DNA of 41,438 nucleotides from a virus. Lineage: Duplodnaviria; Caudoviricetes. Of this stretch, positions 7,774 to 15,920 are shown in pieces. A program made the position numbers and the translations under genes. Positions within the stretch are counted from its first letter, which is position 1. Every line of letters begins with the position of its first letter. The DNA lies in the IMG/VR virus record IMGVR_UViG_3300011335_000526, positions 1 to 41,438 of that record. One strand, 5' to 3'. Under the pieces are notes generated by a model. That model saw only the letters and a list, made by a program, of their open reading frames with translations, was not told the DNA's origin and did no database searches.

Positions 7774-7971
7774 CTATTGTTTCTTGAAACATGGGCAGTT
7801 CGGCGAATGCAAAACGTTCCCGTGACCAGATTCCGTTGCCCTGACATAGTCATGGCCGTCAAATGTGACAATCGACCAAGACCAATGATCCGCGGAACCG
7901 TCTTTCAGTTTCGCGTTTTGATCTCCGTAGCACCCAGACAGCAACACGACGCACAACAAATACTTTCTCAC
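7774..7971 (-). CDS. Small lipoprotein (single-gene cassette)
   Basis: GTG at 7971 with RBS GGAGG gives MRKYLLCVVLLSGC (lipobox LSGC); ends HSPNCPC. Confidence 0.75.
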   Translation of the reverse strand: MRKYLLCVVLLSGCYGDQNAKLKDGSADHWSWSIVTFDGHDYVRATESGHGNVLHSPNCPCFKKQ

Positions 7972-8010
7972 AATGCCTCCTTTGACTATCAGAACTTTCT
8001 GCCACAGGGA

Positions 8011-8031
8011 CAGAGGACAGTTATTCCGCTG
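8011..8031. repeat. Cassette-boundary site 4
   Basis: CAGAGGA-cagttat-TCCGCTG; the stop of 8021-8293 lies inside the spacer. Confidence 0.85.
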
Positions 8032-8293
8032 CTTCGTCGCAGCACTCGACACAAAAATTCGCCGGAGCGTCATCATCATCCAAATCGGCCTCACAGTCCG
8101 GGCAAATCTCTTTCCCGCATCTATCGCACGAAGTGTACTCGTGCCCTTCGCCGTGCCCGCAGCCACGACACCAAAGCATCACTTCACCGCACGCCAGGCA
8201 ATTATCACCGCGAGTGATCTCGCCCCGGAACTGAGCGCCGCAGCAAGGCGTAAAGTCGGCTCGTTCGGAGTCACTGGTTCTTGTGTTGTTCAT
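8021..8293 (-). CDS. Cys-rich zinc-finger-like protein (single-gene cassette)
   Basis: Several CxxC pairs (CLAC, CRGC, CDRC, CPDC, CVEC). Confidence 0.7.
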   Translation of the reverse strand: MNNTRTSDSERADFTPCCGAQFRGEITRGDNCLACGEVMLWCRGCGHGEGHEYTSCDRCGKEICPDCEADLDDDDAPANFCVECCDEAAE

Positions 8294-8306
8294 GTTCCAT
8301 CCTGAC

Positions 8307-8327
8307 TATCGGATACAAGTTCCGCTG
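8307..8327. repeat. Cassette-boundary site 5
   Basis: TATCGGA-tacaagt-TCCGCTG, 1 bp beyond the stop at 8329-8331. Confidence 0.8.
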
Positions 8328-8328
8328 C

Positions 8329-8535
8329 TCATTCCACCTTAAACTCTGCGTCTGACTGCTCTTCCTGATCATCAATACTGGTGACTGAAGAGAACTCATA
8401 AACACCGTACGGCGTGTTGAAACAGATTTGCACCATCTCATCACGAGTAGGCGAAATATCAACGTCGTATCGATCAAGAAGAACCCGAAGCTCAAAGAAG
8501 AAATCAATCTCGTTTTGTGTCTGCCTCTTTGTCAC
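8329..8535 (-). CDS. Hypothetical protein
   Basis: 68 aa, GTGA-coupled to the upstream gene. Confidence 0.65.
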   Translation of the reverse strand: MTKRQTQNEIDFFFELRVLLDRYDVDISPTRDEMVQICFNTPYGVYEFSSVTSIDDQEEQSDAEFKVE

Positions 8536-8855
8536 TTTTCACCAGTCGCTTTCTTTATTGCAGCCTCGATTTTGTCACAAGCTGAATCACTTTCCTCGAA
8601 AATGACCGTGTCGCCTTCCACAATCTGACGCATCAACATCTGGCACGCCTCCAGCAGATCTGGCGCTGCCGCAATCAGCCGAGCGTTCGCAAACAATTCC
8701 TGCCGATGCTGCTCATTGACAATCGTCGCTGGCCAGCATTCCGCGACCACTTTAACATTGGCAGCACTTCGGTTCTGCGTGCAGACTGAAAAGCCTGAAT
8801 CTGTCGGCATTCCGCCGAACTGAACCACCCACGGGCCTAATGTTGGCACACTCAT
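8532..8855 (-). CDS. Conserved phage hypothetical protein (TPGPW...ANARLIAAAPDLL type)
   Basis: TLGPW near the N-terminus and ANARLIAAAPDLLEAC. Confidence 0.8.
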   Translation of the reverse strand: MSVPTLGPWVVQFGGMPTDSGFSVCTQNRSAANVKVVAECWPATIVNEQHRQELFANARLIAAAPDLLEACQMLMRQIVEGDTVIFEESDSACDKIEAAIKKATGEK

Positions 8856-9115
8856 GATTCATTCCCAAACTGCACGACCGTAAACGTAGACTTTGGTTTT
8901 TGTAGGCGACTCGTCCACACATTGCTTGGCTGCAAAACGTGGCCTTTGCCGTATTCCTTGAACCAGATGCGGTCCTCATGGACAGCGACGACTCGCAACA
9001 TAGATTCATGTTGAAACTCTCCGCCTGTCACCTCGTCAATGATCCATTCTTTGATGTCGACTACATCGCCACGGATTGGCGTTATCTCAACATCTGTTTT
9101 TGTTCGGAAACCCAT
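8852..9115 (-). CDS. Hypothetical protein
   Basis: Track ORF 8852-9343; ATG at 9115 overlapping the upstream stop (TGATG) preferred. Confidence 0.6.
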   Translation of the reverse strand: MGFRTKTDVEITPIRGDVVDIKEWIIDEVTGGEFQHESMLRVVAVHEDRIWFKEYGKGHVLQPSNVWTSRLQKPKSTFTVVQFGNES

Positions 9116-9438
9116 CACGTTCTTCCCAGTTGTTGTTTGGCCAATTCCAACCCCGTAGTCTTCGGATGAACGAACTGGGCCGCCATGCTGTCCATCGCCT
9201 CTTTGTAAATCAGCAGTTCGCGATAGTGCGACAGCAATACCTCGTACCCAGCCACTGTACGCTCGCTGACTTTCTGAGCCTGAATCAGGTCGCTCCGTGT
9301 CGGCATGGCCTGCAACATCTGGCCAGTACCGATCGGCAACCATCCAATCAGCCGAACGCCGTACACTGGGCCTGAATCTGCTGTGATTGCGTCCATGTGT
9401 TTTTGTGCCACCCTTCGTTTTTCTGCCTGCGTTACCAT
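9115..9438 (-). CDS. Hypothetical protein
   Basis: 107 aa ORF in the coupled run. Confidence 0.65.
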   Translation of the reverse strand: MVTQAEKRRVAQKHMDAITADSGPVYGVRLIGWLPIGTGQMLQAMPTRSDLIQAQKVSERTVAGYEVLLSHYRELLIYKEAMDSMAAQFVHPKTTGLELAKQQLGRT

Positions 9439-9444
9439 TGTCGC

Positions 9445-9804
9445 TTACCCGTCGTATCGATGAATGTAAAAATCCAGTCCTGCACTGGCCGCCGTCTCAA
9501 TCATGTTCCTTGTCCCACGACTCTTGCCATCCCAGACAGCTATCAGGGCGTCCGCCATTCCTGCCATCTGCCTGTTTCGGATTGGCCCCGCAGCCCTTCC
9601 GTAAGCCTTCCAGTCAGCAGGAACAGGCTTGACCGGCCAAAGACCCTCGCAAACCCTGTGTGCGGCTGAATCGACGCCTGACGCTGCTCCGTGAATGATC
9701 TCGGTAATCTTGCCAGCCCAGCCGCTTTTCGAGATTGCTTCTCTGACCAGTTCGTCGGCCTTTTCCCCAGCTACTTCGCGACCGCCTGCGATGATTACCC
9801 GCAT
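9445..9804 (-). CDS. SLOG family protein (YspA/DUF2493-like)
   Basis: MRVIIAGGR, IIHGAASGVD, PADWKAYGRAAGPIRNRQM, WDGKSRGTRNMI; ATG 9804 with RBS GGAG. Confidence 0.88.
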   Translation of the reverse strand: MRVIIAGGREVAGEKADELVREAISKSGWAGKITEIIHGAASGVDSAAHRVCEGLWPVKPVPADWKAYGRAAGPIRNRQMAGMADALIAVWDGKSRGTRNMIETAASAGLDFYIHRYDG

Positions 9805-9828
9805 TGAAAACTCCAATGTTTTTAAGAA

Positions 9829-9849
9829 CAGCGGATGCAATTACCTCTG
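9829..9849. repeat. Cassette-boundary site 6
   Basis: CAGCGGA-tgcaatt-ACCTCTG (extends GAA../..TTC), 1 bp beyond the stop at 9851-9853. Confidence 0.85.
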
Positions 9850-9850
9850 T

Positions 9851-10279
9851 TCAAAACGACCCGACATCCGTAGCCCAATCCGCCGCAACATCAAGCTCGC
9901 GGCGAATCCCCTCCAGGCTGACCCACAAATCATGCTCAGTCTTGCAGATTCCGCCATCCGCCATTCCGGCCTGTACGATGGCTTCCAGTTTCTTTTCCGC
10001 TTGCTGCACGGCATTCAGCAAATGTGGGGCACACGCGATCAACACCACGTTACGCCACCGATCGCCATCCTCGCCATCGCGAATGATATTGTTCTCGCCG
10101 TACTCATCTGGACCGCACGGAATGCAGTCGATTTCGCAGACCTGCACTACCATGTGCGGACTACCTGCGATCGGAATATGAATCACCGCCGTCGCCTCGT
10201 CAGCCTCGGGATGGTCCCTGTCAATCCTGCATTCCCAGGACATCATTCCATTTTCCAATAGCCTGCTTTTCATGATCAA
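9851..10279 (-). CDS. Hypothetical protein (single-gene cassette)
   Basis: 142 aa; NVVLIACAPHLLNA resembles the LIAAAP motif; bounded by sites 6 and 7. Confidence 0.7.
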   Translation of the reverse strand: MIMKSRLLENGMMSWECRIDRDHPEADEATAVIHIPIAGSPHMVVQVCEIDCIPCGPDEYGENNIIRDGEDGDRWRNVVLIACAPHLLNAVQQAEKKLEAIVQAGMADGGICKTEHDLWVSLEGIRRELDVAADWATDVGSF

Positions 10280-10298
10280 TCCCCTTTGTTTTTGTGAA

Positions 10299-10320
10299 CA
10301 GCGGATGTTCTAATTCGCTA
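10299..10320. repeat. Cassette-boundary site 7 (8-bp spacer)
   Basis: CAGCGGA-tgttctaa-TTCGCTA; overlaps the stop at 10318-10320. Confidence 0.65.
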
Positions 10321-10491
10321 GCCTTCAGCGTCATCAATCAGCAATCCAATCGCCTCCGACACGCTGACGCCTTGCCGCTTCGCAAGTCGCTTGATCTTCT
10401 TGCGTCGTTTCGGATTGATCCACAGTGACATGACCTTGGCTCGCATTCCTGCGGGATGTTTCGGGCGACCTTTTGAGGCTTTCTTTTTCAT
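10318..10491 (-). CDS. Ribbon-helix-helix (CopG-like) DNA-binding protein (not in the ORF track)
   Basis: 57 aa MKKKASKGRPKHPAGMRAKVMSLWINPKRRKKIKRLAKRQGVSVSEAIGLLIDDAEG: GRP, beta strand, helix-G-x-S-x-S-helix. Confidence 0.8.
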   Translation of the reverse strand: MKKKASKGRPKHPAGMRAKVMSLWINPKRRKKIKRLAKRQGVSVSEAIGLLIDDAEG

Positions 10492-10497
10492 AGACAA

Positions 10498-10526
10498 AAG
10501 CTATTAGGTTTATTGTGGGAAGTCAA
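10498..10526 (-). promoter_or_regulatory. Sigma70-like promoter heading the accessory array (likely leaderless)
   Basis: TTGACT(10526-21)-17 bp-TAGCTT(10503-498), 6 nt before the ATG at 10491; no SD. Confidence 0.65.
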
Positions 10527-10559
10527 CAGTTATCTTTTCAATTGCGATCCTCTGTACAG

Positions 10560-10850
10560 TATTCGCCGACCCTTCTTTCTTCTTTCAATACGAGGGCAGG
10601 AAAGAGACATATTGAAAACACTGGGGTTTTCGATGTAGTAAAACCCAACAGGGTGCCCCCCCCTTGAAACGTAGAAAGAAGTCTCTTAAAGAGTGTCTTT
10701 TATAAGCGCTAAAAGAATTTTCCCCCTATTTTATAGGGTTTTGCGTAGTGTACATTTGTTATGACTTAATTATTACTACGCCTTGAACTCTCAAGAAAGA
10801 AGTTTAAAGAAGTCACTTTTTGCACAGACTTCATTCAACTTCGTGCTTAA
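10560..10850. other. Putative replication origin
   Basis: About 300 bp, AT-rich and non-coding, downstream of the primase-helicase; repeats CCTTGAA..AGAAAGAAGT (10662-82, 10781-803) and inverted CTTCTTTCT copies near 10572. Confidence 0.5.
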
Positions 10851-10854
10851 ACGA

Positions 10855-10888
10855 AAAGAGCCGTTTCGGGTGTCCGAAACGGCTCTTT
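10855..10888. terminator. Bidirectional intrinsic terminator
   Basis: 15-bp perfect inverted repeat AAAGAGCCGTTTCGG-gtgt-CCGAAACGGCTCTTT. Confidence 0.85.
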
Positions 10889-10903
10889 GTACACTATTGA
10901 AAT

Positions 10904-11200
10904 TCACGAGACTCGCCACACAGTGATCTCATTGTCTGCGGTTTTCCTGACCGTAACTTTGAAGCCTCCAGTCCTCGCCGCGTTTCTTGCGGATGCGTTC
11001 ACCCTCCAAAAAAACTTCCTTTCCTCCATGCTGGCAATGTTTTTACAAACAATTGATTCGCCGCATTTCATTTGCTCGACTTGATATCTCAGCAGCTCTT
11101 TCGGCCTTCCTGCTGTCTCTTCCCTGAAGTCCCCATAGGCTCCTGATTTGTTTCCTGCAACAGGAACATCGCGCCGGATCTCACTGACTTCAATTTGCAT
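10904..11200 (-). CDS. Hypothetical (probable small DNA-binding) protein
   Basis: 98 aa; RBS GGAGG; GRP motif and C-terminal FKVTVRK..ITVWRV. Confidence 0.7.
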   Translation of the reverse strand: MQIEVSEIRRDVPVAGNKSGAYGDFREETAGRPKELLRYQVEQMKCGESIVCKNIASMEERKFFWRVNASARNAARTGGFKVTVRKTADNEITVWRVS

Positions 11201-11262
11201 AGAAACCTCCTTTCAAAAGGTTCCCCTATGTTATTTCAATTGTTTCTATTTTTCAATTATTT

Positions 11263-13428
11263 TTACTCAATCGCAGCAAATGTTATTGCCATCCTCCCAC
11301 CGCTTGATTCTCTTTCTCCCTGCTGGACACATCCACCTTGAATCAGAGTCGCTAAGATGTCTCCCCTGTCTCTTGGCTTGAGCTTCTGAGTCTTCCTGGT
11401 GATCTCTGTCATCGTCCATTCCCCTGGACGCGATCTGAGCAGCGTTCTCATCTCATTGACCATTTGACCAAACGGACTGCCTGACACATGCCTATCGGCC
11501 TGCTGGAGGATTTTTCGAGTGATCCAATTGTTGAGCCGGATTGCCAGTTCAGCGTCTTCAGCCTGAATCACTGGGACATACTGACCCGACGCGCGGGAGC
11601 AGGCGAACAGCATCGCGAGCTTAACCGTCTTTTCCGCAGCCCTCGACCAAATTGCCGCCGTGATTGGTTCCTCTGTCATTCTCCGCTTGGAGATCTTTAC
11701 AGCATGTTCGTGCAGCCTTGCGTGAGCCGCTTCGTCTCTCTGAATGCAGATTGGAGACGATCCATCTGCATTGTCCGCAAGATTGCCCGCCGATGTCCTC
11801 AGTTGCAGCCACCATGCCGCCTGATCGATTATTGACTGGGGGATCGGTTCGTTGGATGGATCTTGATAATCCACATACTTCGAGGACTCAAAGATCAGGC
11901 AGCGGCCTATCAGCCCGCCAGTCAGGTTCTTTTCCGTCATCGACTCCCAGAAATCTTGAGGAACTGCAGTTCCATGCAAGACCAGATGAGGGTATTGCAG
12001 CGTTTTGACCTTCGCCCGATCGCCGTAAGCGTCGCCGGTCCAGATGTCATCAGCAGACGAAAACACCTGCATCAGCACGCTTGCGATCTGAACTAGATGC
12101 GGACTCGATCGGTCCTGCATTGCCATCGCCAGATGATGGATTTCATCAACTTGGAACAGCATGTTCCACTGTTCGGCCAACGCCGACAAAATCCCAGCGT
12201 GACTCCCAATTCGTTCCGGGCCAATCATCCGATCGCCACCGCACAATCTCAGGATCTTGCGGTTGAGCTTTCGGCCATGATCCTTGCCAGCTCCGGAAAG
12301 GGCTAGGCTGATAATCATCAGATTGGTTCTTGCTCCGCGATCCGATACCTTGCCGCCAGTCAGCGTCGATAGGAGCGATAACGCCGCGCCCATCGCGACT
12401 TCTGGCAATGGGTAGTGAGCAGTCGATAAATTGTATCGGATCAAATCCCCGAGGAATCCCGGCAATGATTGGCAGTCAATCGGAAATGGCTCCAATGTCG
12501 TCTTCGCGGCCTCCCGAGTGTTCAGGATCAAACTTAGATCGACGTGAGAATGTGACTGCTGAATCAAAGCCATTGGCGGCTTGTCTTCGCGTGGAGTCCC
12601 GTTCTTGCGACCGTTGACGGAAGCCTCTCTCAGTTCGCTGTCTCGAAGTGGTGGATTGTTTTTCTGATTCCAATCGCAGAGCAACTGGTAGACTTCGTCA
12701 TCTGTCAGCCGAGCGTGAAAATCATCCTTGAGCGAATGCAGGTGACCAGCCAGGGAAAACGCCGCGTTCCTGAGATTACCCTTGGCTTCACCCGGAACAT
12801 TTTCAACATATTTCGCCCCGCGTTGCATGAGCGATTCGGCTTCAATCCGTGGCGGTGCTGGCTCGTGCTTAACGGTCCCTTTCTTCTCCTGCTCTCCGCT
12901 CAGGTAAGTTTTGCACAGCCAGTCAATAACGGCCTGCCCATCACCAATCTCATCATTGCCGTTGTAGACATCGCCCGTGATCGTCCAGAATCGATCATGG
13001 TCGTAGCATTCAATCTGCTGCTTGTCGGCCTTGCCGGGATTGATTTTGTGAAGACAGCGGAACCCTTCAGGCTTGCGAGCCTTCGTGATAAACTTGACGC
13101 CTGTTTTGCTTGGCGAAATTTCCGCGTAAGCAATCCCGTCAAGCCTTGCGATGATCGGCAAAGCCCAGTCGCGGAAGTCCCCGTCTTCTGTTAAGCAGTT
13201 GTCGAGATCAATGCCCGTATATGGCTCAGCAATTACGGTGGCAATGCCTTGATAATAGATCGAAGAATCGACAGCGATATCGAAAGCGCACCACGCAGAC
13301 GGGTCAGTTGAGCTTCCAGCATCACCGCCGAGCCTAATCGGAATTTTCGTTCCCTTGCTGTTGTAGTTCCACAGCATCCATCGCTTCAGGTCTTTCAGTT
13401 CTTGCGGAACGCGGTCGTAGTCATTCAT
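11263..13428 (-). CDS. Primase-polymerase (AEP) + PriCT + helicase-like (DUF3987-type) replication protein
   Basis: GIDLD, AEISPSKTG, IECYDHDRFWTITG; WNQKNNPPL..ELRE; Walker A-like ALSGAGKD and DEI; ATG 13428 preferred over 13443. Confidence 0.88.
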   Translation of the reverse strand: MNDYDRVPQELKDLKRWMLWNYNSKGTKIPIRLGGDAGSSTDPSAWCAFDIAVDSSIYYQGIATVIAEPYTGIDLDNCLTEDGDFRDWALPIIARLDGIAYAEISPSKTGVKFITKARKPEGFRCLHKINPGKADKQQIECYDHDRFWTITGDVYNGNDEIGDGQAVIDWLCKTYLSGEQEKKGTVKHEPAPPRIEAESLMQRGAKYVENVPGEAKGNLRNAAFSLAGHLHSLKDDFHARLTDDEVYQLLCDWNQKNNPPLRDSELREASVNGRKNGTPREDKPPMALIQQSHSHVDLSLILNTREAAKTTLEPFPIDCQSLPGFLGDLIRYNLSTAHYPLPEVAMGAALSLLSTLTGGKVSDRGARTNLMIISLALSGAGKDHGRKLNRKILRLCGGDRMIGPERIGSHAGILSALAEQWNMLFQVDEIHHLAMAMQDRSSPHLVQIASVLMQVFSSADDIWTGDAYGDRAKVKTLQYPHLVLHGTAVPQDFWESMTEKNLTGGLIGRCLIFESSKYVDYQDPSNEPIPQSIIDQAAWWLQLRTSAGNLADNADGSSPICIQRDEAAHARLHEHAVKISKRRMTEEPITAAIWSRAAEKTVKLAMLFACSRASGQYVPVIQAEDAELAIRLNNWITRKILQQADRHVSGSPFGQMVNEMRTLLRSRPGEWTMTEITRKTQKLKPRDRGDILATLIQGGCVQQGERESSGGRMAITFAAIE

Positions 13429-13966
13429 CTGACTGGCCCTCATAGCCTGTGGGCCTCTTGCCGATGTCGCAATTGATATAACCGAGAATTGATTCTTGCT
13501 CTTTGCGAGCTTTCACGGCTTGACCAAAGCAATGAAAGTAACCAAGAGAAGTTCGCCCGATGTACGCCTGCCACTTTCCAGATTTGCGGATCACTCCGCG
13601 AACCCCCGATGCGTTTGGCTTTTTTCTGAGGATTTGATTTCTGTGATTTATAGTTGCTGACACGTCACGAAGATTCAAAATCTTGTTGTCGAGCCCGTCG
13701 CCGTTTATGTGGTCAACTTCACCAGTCGGCCAGTGACCATAATGAATTGCAAAGCAGACTCGATGCGCCATGTACTGGCGTTTCTGATAATTGAATCTGT
13801 AATACTTCCTTTCTTTCTTTCGCCCACAGTTTGCAATTGATGAAACTAGACTTCCTGCTCCTGCGCGTGGGCTTGCAAACGATCTCCAACGAAGTTCTCC
13901 GGTTGCTGAGTCGTATGTAAACAGATCGCAAAGTTGCTCAACAGATACTTCAGAACGGTGTGTCAT
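13421..13966 (-). CDS. HNH homing endonuclease with AP2-like C-terminal domain
   Basis: YMAHRV...VDHINGDGLDNKILNLR; SGVRGV..KWQAYI..LGYF; ATG 13966 with RBS AGGAG. Confidence 0.9.
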   Translation of the reverse strand: MTHRSEVSVEQLCDLFTYDSATGELRWRSFASPRAGAGSLVSSIANCGRKKERKYYRFNYQKRQYMAHRVCFAIHYGHWPTGEVDHINGDGLDNKILNLRDVSATINHRNQILRKKPNASGVRGVIRKSGKWQAYIGRTSLGYFHCFGQAVKARKEQESILGYINCDIGKRPTGYEGQSDE

Positions 13967-15635
13967 CGAGATCTCCTGAATAGACTCTAGTTTCCTGTAC
14001 TTCAGCCAACTCCGTCGGCTTCTCCGACTCAAAAAAGCACTCTGTAATCCGATGCCAGCGGCCATCTTTTTTCGTCGTGATCCTGACCGGCCTCCGGCAG
14101 ACGCCCATGTTGATCAGGGCCACAGCGTCCGTTGCGTTGTCCGGTGGATCACAGAGCGAGCGAGCGTCCCACCATGCCAAGAACTTCAGGCGTGCAAAGC
14201 CTTGATGCCCAGGGCAGGTCCATTCGGGAATGGTGATCGTTGCGAGGTTTCCGGATTCGCCCTCTTTGGTGCAAACGTAATCAACGCGAACTGTCTGCGG
14301 GGCTTCTGGTTCGTCTTTCTTCGTGTGGACCCGAACGACAACGTCTTTAACTTCCCATTCCTCCGGTGGCATTGAGCCCGTCAATTGGCTGCTCTCATCC
14401 GCTGTCGTGTCGTGCTTCAGTTCCCGCTCACGAGGGAAGATGAAATTGCACTCAGGGCAGACGACTGTTGCCGGAGACACATCCAGCTCACAGGACGGGC
14501 ATTTCTTCCCGCGTCCGTTTTCGGCAGCAACCCCCGCTCGCCCTTTGCCTTCCGACCGCCCGAAGTTTTCGTCATCGATTGAGCCATGCCGAGCGATGTT
14601 CCCGCCAAAGTCTAAGAGTAGGCAGTTGGTTTTCGACTCATGCAAACGCAACCCGCGACCGACCATCTGACAGAAAAGACCTGGCGACATGGTTGCGCGA
14701 AGGATGGCAATCGCGTCGACGCACTTGGCGTTGAAGCCGGTGGTGAGAACATCGACGTTGACGAGAAACCTCAATTCCCCCGCGACAAATCTCCGCAGCG
14801 TTTCCGCTCGTTCGATTGGCAGCGTCTCGCCAGTGACGACAGCAGAGTCAGGAAGCAACTCCGCGATCTGCTCCGCATGATGAACACCAGAGGCGAACAC
14901 CAACACGCTGTGCCTGCCCTGTGTCTTTTCAATGATCTCCGCACAAGCGGCCTGAACTTTTTCGTCGACATCGAATGCCGCCTGCATTTCTGATTCAACA
15001 AACTCGCCACCGCGAAGTCCGACCTTGTCCGTGTTCACTTCCGCGTCTGCAACCTTGTTTGTGATCGGACAAAGAAAACCTTCAGCAATTAGCTGAGCGG
15101 TCTTTGCCTCAAAAACGATCCGCTGAAACTGTCGGTCAGGTCCGCAGATTGGACCGGCCCCGGTTCTAAACGGCGTCGCCGTCAGGCCCACAATGCGGAG
15201 CCCTTCGTTGGCCTTCATGGTCGTAAGGAACTGACCATACATCGACTCTTCGAGATCGCTAATGAGGTGAGCCTCATCAACAATCACAAGATGCCGCCGA
15301 CCAAGATCTTCAGCCTTGCGGAACACCGACTGAATGCCAGCGACAACCACAGCGTTATGGATCTCTTTTGACTTCAGGCCCGCTGAATAGATCCCGACAT
15401 CAACGCCCGGAATCAATCCCCTGATCTCGTCGGCGTTTTGCTGAAGCAACTCTTTCCGGTGAGCCAAGACAACCACTCGCCCACCGAACTCAAGAGCCTG
15501 CTGAATCAGCAGGGCAATCAGCAGGCTCTTCCCGGCTCCGGTCGGCAGGACCACAACGCAGTTTCCGGACTTCTGATTGAGATACTTCCAGACGGCTTCG
15601 TTGGCTTGTGACTGATACCATCGAGGGGACAGCAT
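13950..15635 (-). CDS. Superfamily II DNA helicase (YejH/RadD-like) with zinc finger
   Basis: LPTGAGKS, DEAH, GLTATP, LTTGFN, QMVGRGLR, CPSC..CPEC. Confidence 0.93.
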   Translation of the reverse strand: MLSPRWYQSQANEAVWKYLNQKSGNCVVVLPTGAGKSLLIALLIQQALEFGGRVVVLAHRKELLQQNADEIRGLIPGVDVGIYSAGLKSKEIHNAVVVAGIQSVFRKAEDLGRRHLVIVDEAHLISDLEESMYGQFLTTMKANEGLRIVGLTATPFRTGAGPICGPDRQFQRIVFEAKTAQLIAEGFLCPITNKVADAEVNTDKVGLRGGEFVESEMQAAFDVDEKVQAACAEIIEKTQGRHSVLVFASGVHHAEQIAELLPDSAVVTGETLPIERAETLRRFVAGELRFLVNVDVLTTGFNAKCVDAIAILRATMSPGLFCQMVGRGLRLHESKTNCLLLDFGGNIARHGSIDDENFGRSEGKGRAGVAAENGRGKKCPSCELDVSPATVVCPECNFIFPRERELKHDTTADESSQLTGSMPPEEWEVKDVVVRVHTKKDEPEAPQTVRVDYVCTKEGESGNLATITIPEWTCPGHQGFARLKFLAWWDARSLCDPPDNATDAVALINMGVCRRPVRITTKKDGRWHRITECFFESEKPTELAEVQETRVYSGDLDDTPF

Positions 15636-15842
15636 TCAAAACTCCTTATGCGAGTCCCACTCAGTGATTGAATCAACGCCATCGCTGACGACTGGCGTCA
15701 GTTCTTTCGGAACCACAACCGTTACGCCAGCCTCAACCAGCAACACGGCTTTGCAGATCTTTTTGAGCGGTAGACGCAAGATTGCCTCCGGCATCGGCTC
15801 CCCGGTCTTCTTCAGCCATCTGGCCTTTAGTTCGCTGAACAT
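15636..15842 (-). CDS. Hypothetical protein
   Basis: 68 aa abutting the helicase start. Confidence 0.55.
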   Translation of the reverse strand: MFSELKARWLKKTGEPMPEAILRLPLKKICKAVLLVEAGVTVVVPKELTPVVSDGVDSITEWDSHKEF

Positions 15843-15920
15843 TCCTAATTGACTCCTGAAGTATTTGAAGAGACTGGCGCAGCCAATTGCCGTCGCCAGT
15901 CTGTTTGTCGTAGGCTTCGA

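Noticed and set aside
7774-9343. Long upstream extensions of track ORFs 7774-8166 and 8852-9343
   Set aside because: The extensions overlap other genes; internal starts at 7971 and 9115 have an RBS or translational coupling.
7243-10320. CRISPR array or classical integron attC interpretation of the repeated sites
   Set aside because: Spacing is gene-sized and irregular, the central 7 nt vary, there are no cas genes, and the 21-bp sites lack RYYYAAC/GTTRRRY ends and the length of attC.
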